The translations under genes and the position numbers were made by a program. The notes beneath the pieces were generated by a model. That model had not been told where the DNA came from, searched no databases, and worked only from the letters and a program-made list of their open reading frames with translations. A stretch of DNA of 63,956 nt, the filler included. It is 5 parts of 5 records of this genome, joined end to end, with 100 filler letters (N's around TTAATTAATTAA, not from the genome) between each part and the next. Parts side by side here need not be neighbours in the genome. Positions count along the whole stretch, not along the records: positions 52,018 to 58,632 come from SRR31156797_23351; positions 58,733 to 63,956 come from SRR31156797_23448; 3 more parts are not named here. One strand, 5' to 3'. Positions 58,360 through 63,956 of the stretch are shown here, one piece after another; the stretch's first letter is position 1, and each line of letters begins with the position of its first letter.

Positions 58360-58632
58360 AACAATGCGTTAGAATTTTCATGTAAGAAAATTCTGACCTT
58401 TTTATAATTCAGAAAACGCTCATATATGGCGGGTTTGAGCGGCTTTTTCGATTGTGCTGCTAGTTGAAAATTTACGCACAGTGTACACACAGTGGGGGTG
58501 TAAACTGTGTAAAAAAGGGTGAAGGTGGGAGGAGGGGCTAGGTATCGATATGGCAATCGTCGAGACGCTGCTCGCACAATTTCCTGCAACGATTTCTACA
58601 ATTGGAACGGCTGCGACCGTGGCGGCTGTGAT
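58332..58632. mobile_element. Probable end of an element integrated into amrS
   Basis: Drop in GC content, no credible ORF, short ACAGTG/CTGTGT/GTGTA repeats around 58470-58512. Confidence 0.45.
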
Positions 58633-58732
58633 NNNNNNNNNNNNNNNNNNNNNNNNNNNNNNNNNNNNNNNNNNNNTTAATTAATTAANNNNNNNNNNNN
58701 NNNNNNNNNNNNNNNNNNNNNNNNNNNNNNNN
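58633..58732. other. Artificial contig linker
   Basis: N44-TTAATTAATTAA-N44. Confidence 0.98.
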
Positions 58733-58733
58733 C

Positions 58734-58784
58734 GTGGTTTGGGATATGTCCGGCGAAGAAATCGATACTTTCTGGAATTTCTAG
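58734..58784 (+). CDS. C-terminal tip of a probable aldehyde:ferredoxin oxidoreductase
   Basis: VVWDMSGEEIDTFWNF* immediately before a MoaD-like gene, a common aor context. Confidence 0.45.
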   Translation: MVWDMSGEEIDTFWNF

Positions 58785-58893
58785 AAAAACAGGTCAGCAA
58801 GAAAAGTATATTACGCTTTTCTGCTCCTTTTTCATTGAACATTGGGGCCTGGTTCTTTACAACCAGGCCTCATACAATTTTCTATTGACACCT

Positions 58894-59118
58894 ATGATAA
58901 TTACAGTAAAACTTTTCGCGTATTTTCGTGACAATCGCTTCATAAAGCAGGAACAGGATCTTCCAGCTGGAACGACCGTCCGCGACATTATCAATTCTCT
59001 GGAAATTGATATCGAAGAGATAGGAGTAACTATGATCAATTCTCGCCACTGTCAGTTCGACCAGGAAATACAGGCGGGGGATCAGGTTGCTATTTTTCCG
59101 AATATTGGCGGTGGCTGA
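58894..59118 (+). CDS. MoaD/ThiS-family sulfur carrier
   Basis: ITVKLFAYFR...GDQVAIFPNIGGG. Confidence 0.88.
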   Translation: MIITVKLFAYFRDNRFIKQEQDLPAGTTVRDIINSLEIDIEEIGVTMINSRHCQFDQEIQAGDQVAIFPNIGGG

Positions 59119-59188
59119 TCAACGCTTTCTTCTGTTGCATCTGCGCCTCTGCTAATGACACCCACTTAAAACCAGGCAGGCGCCCCGC

Positions 59189-60166
59189 ATGAAACACACC
59201 CTTTTACTGTTTTCTTGTCTCCTCTCGTTTTTCATCAGTCAACCTTCCCAGGCAGCCCACGAGATAAAACTTGGGGTCGTGACCAAGCCAGGATCAGCAC
59301 AGAATATTGTTGCTGGCAAATTTAAGGAAATCCTGGAAAAAGTTTCCAACGGAAAATATACGGTCAAAATTTACCATTCGAAATCCCTCGGAAACGAAAC
59401 TGAGATTCTCCAACAAATCCAGATGGGCACTGTACAAATGGGCGTTATTACTGTTGGCCCGTTTGACACCTTTGCTCCCATTGTCCGTGTTATCAACTAC
59501 CCCTTCCTCTTTAAAGATAATCAACAGGCAGATGACATTCTTGACGGCCCCTTAGGCGATGAGATTCTAAACGAACTTGAAAAAGTCAATTTCAAGGGGA
59601 TATCCTTTTCTGAAAACGGATTCAGAAACCTTACCAACAACAAACGTCCTGTAAAAACTGCCAGCGATGTCGACGGAATGAAAATCAGGGTAATGGCCTC
59701 CCCGCTCCACAAGTCCATCTGGCAGGCCCTCGGAGCAAATCCCACCCCTATGCCATGGCCGATTTATTCAGAGCTCGAACAGGGCGTCATTGACGGGCAG
59801 GAAAACCCTCTTTGGGTTATGGAGGTGTATAAATTTTACGAAGTACAGAAATACATGACCATGTCACGTCACGTATATTCCGCACATATTGATGTAGCTT
59901 CGCTCATGTGGTGGAAGACCCTTTCTGCAGAAGACCGTAAAATGATCACCCAGGCAATGTCTGATGCCGCAAATTTTCAGCGAAAGGATAATCGCGAAAA
60001 AGACGGCGCCCGCATGGCTTTGCTGAAGGAAAAAGGAATGGTTATTGAGGAACAACCAGACATAGCAACTTTTCGTGAAAAAGTAGCAACCCTGAAAAAT
60101 ATGGATCTTTATCAGGAACCCAAGGTTCAGGCACTGCTGCTGAAGATGCTGGACGCAACCAAATAG
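59189..60166 (+). CDS. dctP: TRAP transporter substrate-binding protein
   Basis: LGNE, ENGFRNLTN, GMKIRV, LGANPTPM, GVIDGQENP. Confidence 0.92.
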   Translation: MKHTLLLFSCLLSFFISQPSQAAHEIKLGVVTKPGSAQNIVAGKFKEILEKVSNGKYTVKIYHSKSLGNETEILQQIQMGTVQMGVITVGPFDTFAPIVRVINYPFLFKDNQQADDILDGPLGDEILNELEKVNFKGISFSENGFRNLTNNKRPVKTASDVDGMKIRVMASPLHKSIWQALGANPTPMPWPIYSELEQGVIDGQENPLWVMEVYKFYEVQKYMTMSRHVYSAHIDVASLMWWKTLSAEDRKMITQAMSDAANFQRKDNREKDGARMALLKEKGMVIEEQPDIATFREKVATLKNMDLYQEPKVQALLLKMLDATK

Positions 60167-60205
60167 TTTCCAGTTTCTCACACGCCACCCCCTTTTCAAA
60201 ACAAT

Positions 60206-60234
60206 GAGGGCAGATCGCAAGATCTGCCCTCTTT
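60206..60234 (+). terminator. Hairpin after dctP (terminator or mRNA stabiliser)
   Basis: GAGGGCAGATC-GCAA-GATCTGCCCTC-TTT. Confidence 0.75.
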
Positions 60235-60250
60235 ACTTATCGGCATTACT

Positions 60251-60733
60251 GTGATTCGATTTATGCAAAACTGCTGTCGACGACTGAACACTGGTATAGA
60301 GTACCTCCTCTTTACCATTGGTTTTTCCATGGCCATGCTCGTTGCAGCCCAGGTTTTTTTTCGCTATGTTTTAAACAACTCGCTTTTTTGGTCTGAAGAG
60401 CTGGCAAGATACATGCTTGTCTGGATCAGTTTTCTCGGGGCAACGACCGCCTATTACAGAGGGCTGCACCCTGGAGTGGATTTCATAATATCCCGCCTAT
60501 CAGCAACTCTGCAAAAGTGCACTGCGATACTCGTGCATCTTATCTCTATTTCCCTTTTCGCTACGATGACTGTTGCTGGTTTTCAGTTTGCCTACTTTGT
60601 CCGTCTGCAGATCTCACCGGCATTGGGGATTGAGAAATGGATAATACTGGCTGTTATCCCGATCAGTGGAATCATTCTCATCGGATACGCCCTGACGGCA
60701 CTAGCATGCACTGCCAGAGGAAGCCAGTCATGA
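60251..60733 (+). CDS. dctQ: TRAP transporter small permease
   Basis: QVFFRYVLN..WSEELARY..FLGA; four TM segments. Confidence 0.9.
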   Translation: MIRFMQNCCRRLNTGIEYLLFTIGFSMAMLVAAQVFFRYVLNNSLFWSEELARYMLVWISFLGATTAYYRGLHPGVDFIISRLSATLQKCTAILVHLISISLFATMTVAGFQFAYFVRLQISPALGIEKWIILAVIPISGIILIGYALTALACTARGSQS

Positions 60734-62010
60734 CCAGCGAAATCCTGCTCATTTCCCTCCTTGTACTTTTCACACTCAATGTACCCATTGCTATCAGTAT
60801 CGGGGCCGCCTCTGTTCTTGCCATTGTCATTCAAGGTGATTTCCCGATCATGATGATAGCCCAGCGCCTTTTTTCAGGCACCGATTCATTCCACCTCATG
60901 GCCGTTCCGCTTTTCATGTTTGCCGGAGTCTTGATGGATGCAGGCGGGATAAGTAAACGCATTATTGACTTTGCCAATGCGCTGGTCGGCTGGCTTCCAG
61001 GTGGACTCGCAGCGGTTACCATTGTTTCCGCCATGTTTTTTGCCGGCATTTCAGGTTCTGCCGCAGCCGATGCAGCAGCCGTGGGTGCCATCCTTATCCC
61101 GGCCATGAAAAAATCCGGCTATTCTTCAGATTTTGCTGCTGCGGTGCAGGCCTCAGGTGGATCCATAGGGGTCATCATTCCCCCTTCCATCCCCATGATT
61201 ATATTTGGTTTTCTCACCGGCGCCTCTATTGGACAACTTTTTGCTGCTGGCATTCTCCCCGGCCTTCTCATTGGAATATCACTCATAGCAGTTTCCACCA
61301 TCATCTCACTTCGTTATCGATATTCAGCAACCACCCCTTTTTCAGCAGCGCTTGTCTGGCATACGCTTAAAAGATCGCTACTAGCCCTTGGCGCACCACT
61401 CATCATCCTCGGCGGCATCCTCAGTGGTATTTTTACCGCAACGGAATCTGCTGCCATGGCAGTTATCTATGCGCTTCTAGTGGGAATGGCCATTTACAGG
61501 CAACTTACATTAAAAAGCCTTTTCCCCCTTTTCCGAGACGCCGCAGTCACTTCATCTATCGTCATGTTTATTATTGCCATGGCGTCTATTTTCAGCTGGA
61601 TTGCTGCCATTGAAAATATACCAGAACAATTAGCTCAATCGCTGCTCAGCATGACCGATAACCCGACTGTTCTCTTACTACTGATCAATCTCATCTTACT
61701 GGCGGCAGGCACTTTTGTTGAAACAACCGCAGCACTGATTCTCCTCGTCCCGACTATCGTCTCGATGCTCCCTATGCTTGGCATTGATATAATTCAACTC
61801 GGAGTGATAGTTGTCACCAACTTAGCTATCGGCATGTTGACCCCACCCATGGGTATCTGCCTAATAGTTTCCGCCTCTATTTCCAGAGATTCAATAGGTG
61901 CTGTAAGCAAACGAATCGTTCCTTTTCTAATGATCCTCTTGATTGATCTTCTCCTGATAACCTTTTACCCGCCCCTTACCATGTGGCTGGCCAGCTTTAT
62001 AGGCAACTGA
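60730..62010 (+). CDS. dctM: TRAP transporter large permease
   Basis: AVPLF, FAGISGSAAAD, IIPPSIPMI, FTATESA, TPPMG; ATG overlaps the dctQ stop. Confidence 0.92.
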   Translation: MTSEILLISLLVLFTLNVPIAISIGAASVLAIVIQGDFPIMMIAQRLFSGTDSFHLMAVPLFMFAGVLMDAGGISKRIIDFANALVGWLPGGLAAVTIVSAMFFAGISGSAAADAAAVGAILIPAMKKSGYSSDFAAAVQASGGSIGVIIPPSIPMIIFGFLTGASIGQLFAAGILPGLLIGISLIAVSTIISLRYRYSATTPFSAALVWHTLKRSLLALGAPLIILGGILSGIFTATESAAMAVIYALLVGMAIYRQLTLKSLFPLFRDAAVTSSIVMFIIAMASIFSWIAAIENIPEQLAQSLLSMTDNPTVLLLLINLILLAAGTFVETTAALILLVPTIVSMLPMLGIDIIQLGVIVVTNLAIGMLTPPMGICLIVSASISRDSIGAVSKRIVPFLMILLIDLLLITFYPPLTMWLASFIGN

Positions 62011-62231
62011 TTTTTTCGCTAATCTAAGATAGCTTCCTGGCTACTGCTTGACCAAAGACTTCTGTTTAGTCGATAACAATAGCGCCGCTCCTCTCCCTTT
62101 ATTTCCAGCTCCTTGTTACTTTAGGGTTGCATAAAGCAAACAAACCATGCGATATTAACAGATGCACATTTTGCACAAGCAGTCTCTTCCTTCAATCATC
62201 ACAGACATAGGTCTCTAGCAAATTACAAAGC

Positions 62232-63689
62232 ATGGTTTACGAAGTTAAAGTCAATGAACTAGCCGAAGAATTCGGCGTTCATCGCAATACCATCAGGAAC
62301 TGGATTAATTCCGGAACCCTACCTGCCCAGAAAGCACCAGGGCGCCGTTACGTAATCCAACAGGAAGACTACCTTAAACTGTGTGAAAAATTTGGCCGTA
62401 AACCAAAAAATGATCTTCCCACACGGCCCATAGAAAACGAATTCAAGGAAAATCCAGCAAAAGAGTCCACCTCTCCCCCCATACAGCTCAACCCGGAAAC
62501 CGCAGATCTCGTAACCGCCGTGGATTTTGCTGGCATCTGTACCACTTGTGGCAGTTGCGCCAGCGCCTGCCCCATTTCAGGTGTGGACGGCCTTGACCCC
62601 CGAAAAATAGTGCGCATGGCAGCCCTTGGTATTGGCAAGGAATTAATAAATATCGATTGGCCCTGGAAATGTACATTGTGCGGCAGGTGTGAAGAATCCT
62701 GCCCAATGAACATTAACATCGTTAACCTCATGCGCACACTCCGCGCACATAGGCAACGCAACAAAGTTCCCCACCCTCTCCAGAAAGGGGTAACCACCTG
62801 TCTGGAAAAAGGTAACAACCTCGGCATTCCAAAAGATGATTTCCTCGAACTTCTCCATGATATGGGAACCGAACTTGCCGAAACAAGCTGCCCAGGATTC
62901 GCCACTCCCATTGATATCCGCGGTGCACGGCTGCTGGTTACAGTCAACTCCAAAGAGCCATTTGCCCAACCAGACGATATGTCTTGGTGGTGGCGCATTT
63001 TTTACGCTGCGGGAGAATCTTGGACCATCTCCTCTGAAAACTGGGAAGGGGTCAATTGGGGAATCTATACCGGCGACGACAATGCCATGAAAACAATCGT
63101 TGAACGTATTGTCGACAACATGGAGCGGCTTAACTGTCAGGCATTGCTTCTCCCTGAATGCGGTCACGCCTATTATGCAACAAGATATGGTTTGGAAAAA
63201 TGGTTCCCAGGATCACTGCAGAAATTCAAAATATATTCTGTATTTGACCTCTTGCTGGAATATATCACTAAAAACAGACTCACCATTGATCAAGCTGTAC
63301 ACACCAAGCTGACAACCCTCCACGACTCTTGCAACTACGGCAGAAAATCCCTCAAGGCTTTTGGCCACGGCTATTTTGACGAAGGACGCACTATCCTGGA
63401 AGCATGTTGTGCAAACTTTACAGAACTTATTCCCAACAAAAAGGACAACTACTGCTGCGGTGCCGGAGGCGGTGCCTGGGCAACGCCCTATGCAGCAGAA
63501 CGCACCTATTTCGGCAGAGAAAAGGCTCGACAGATTCAGCAGGCAGAAGCAGAGGTCGTAGTTGTTGCCTGCCACTCCTGCAAAGATCAGCTGGAAAAAA
63601 CGCTCGCTCGTGAATTTCACCTGAATATCGAAGTCAAATATATTTGGGAGCTGGTATCCCAGGCACTGATTCTTCCTGAAACGGCATGA
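62232..63689 (+). CDS. Excisionase/MerR-like HTH fused to HdrC/HdrD-like Fe-S oxidoreductase
   Basis: VNELAEEFGVHRNTIRNWINSG.LPA; two CxxCxxCxxxCP motifs; ECGH, HDSC, CCGAGGG, ACHSC. Confidence 0.85.
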   Translation: MVYEVKVNELAEEFGVHRNTIRNWINSGTLPAQKAPGRRYVIQQEDYLKLCEKFGRKPKNDLPTRPIENEFKENPAKESTSPPIQLNPETADLVTAVDFAGICTTCGSCASACPISGVDGLDPRKIVRMAALGIGKELINIDWPWKCTLCGRCEESCPMNINIVNLMRTLRAHRQRNKVPHPLQKGVTTCLEKGNNLGIPKDDFLELLHDMGTELAETSCPGFATPIDIRGARLLVTVNSKEPFAQPDDMSWWWRIFYAAGESWTISSENWEGVNWGIYTGDDNAMKTIVERIVDNMERLNCQALLLPECGHAYYATRYGLEKWFPGSLQKFKIYSVFDLLLEYITKNRLTIDQAVHTKLTTLHDSCNYGRKSLKAFGHGYFDEGRTILEACCANFTELIPNKKDNYCCGAGGGAWATPYAAERTYFGREKARQIQQAEAEVVVVACHSCKDQLEKTLAREFHLNIEVKYIWELVSQALILPETA

Positions 63690-63779
63690 GACACTCCGCC
63701 CAAAGAGTTCATCAAATGAACGCGCTACCACTTGATAAGTTACACCAGTTATCCAGGCTACACACAAGGTACAATACTT

Positions 63780-63956
63780 ATGTCAACGGCTAAAAAAACA
63801 GGGGCAATCCTAGTTGTTGGCGGCGGTGTCTCAGGAATGCAGGCTGCGCTGGATCTTGCCGAATCCGGCTACGCAGTCTACCTGATTGAACAAACCGGCG
63901 CAATTGGCGGCACCATGCCCCAACTCGACAAAACCTTTCCCACCAATGACTGCTCC
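63780..63956 (+). CDS. hdrA: Heterodisulfide reductase subunit A-like flavoprotein, partial (not in the ORF track)
   Basis: [59 protein letters not shown]. Confidence 0.88.
   Translation, partial: MSTAKKTGAILVVGGGVSGMQAALDLAESGYAVYLIEQTGAIGGTMPQLDKTFPTNDCS

Noticed and set aside
14973-58732. Apparent neighbourhood between the phage region and flanking genes; TTAATTAATTAA repeats
   Set aside because: The four N-linkers are artificial. The contigs differ in composition and likely phylum, so no cross-linker synteny can be inferred, and ORFs running into N are truncated.
1-63956. CRISPR arrays, tRNA/rRNA genes, transposases, reverse transcriptases
   Set aside because: None recognised; no regularly spaced repeat-spacer pattern or corresponding motifs were seen.

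Overview
The window is a concatenation of five unrelated contigs joined by 100-nt N/TTAATTAATTAA linkers (14973-15072, 26522-26621, 51918-52017, 58633-58732). (1) 1-14972 is AT-rich and Fusobacteriota-like: UvrD-like helicase, a divergent LamB-type porin / GH5 mannanase pair with three LacI-type operators, a TetR unit, rplM-rpsI, HD-GYP, GNATs, PatB. (2) 15073-26521 is a P1-like phage fragment on the minus strand: tail-fibre genes, a permuted papain amidase, hdf-darA-ddrA and a >1900-aa polyvalent protein fusing nuclease-like, pyrophosphatase, LPD3-like, ParB-like, RelA/SpoT, DdrB-like and DarB methyltransferase domains. (3) 26622-51917 is Bacteroidota: T9SS cargo, oxyR-dps-peroxiredoxin, nadE, gldB and a DUF4402 chaperone-usher-like pilus locus. 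(4) 52018-58632 is Alphaproteobacteria-like: lptF, sua5, cysQ, an amrB-amrA fusion and an interrupted amrS. (5) 58733-63956 is Desulfobacterota-like: MoaD, a TRAP transporter, an HTH-HdrD-like fusion and hdrA. The best candidate for a new system is inside the phage polyprotein gene. Two putative toxic domains are each followed by a nested opposite-strand unit starting at a TTGACA box: a 74-aa gene with a perfect SD after the RelA/SpoT domain, and a ~65-nt hairpin RNA after the LPD3-like domain. The polyprotein is also punctuated by repeated hydrophobic-Glu motifs and DarB-like N-terminal helices. I infer a virion-packaged, cleaved effector polyprotein with built-in antisense antitoxins. All family assignments come from motif recognition by eye; no database search was run.
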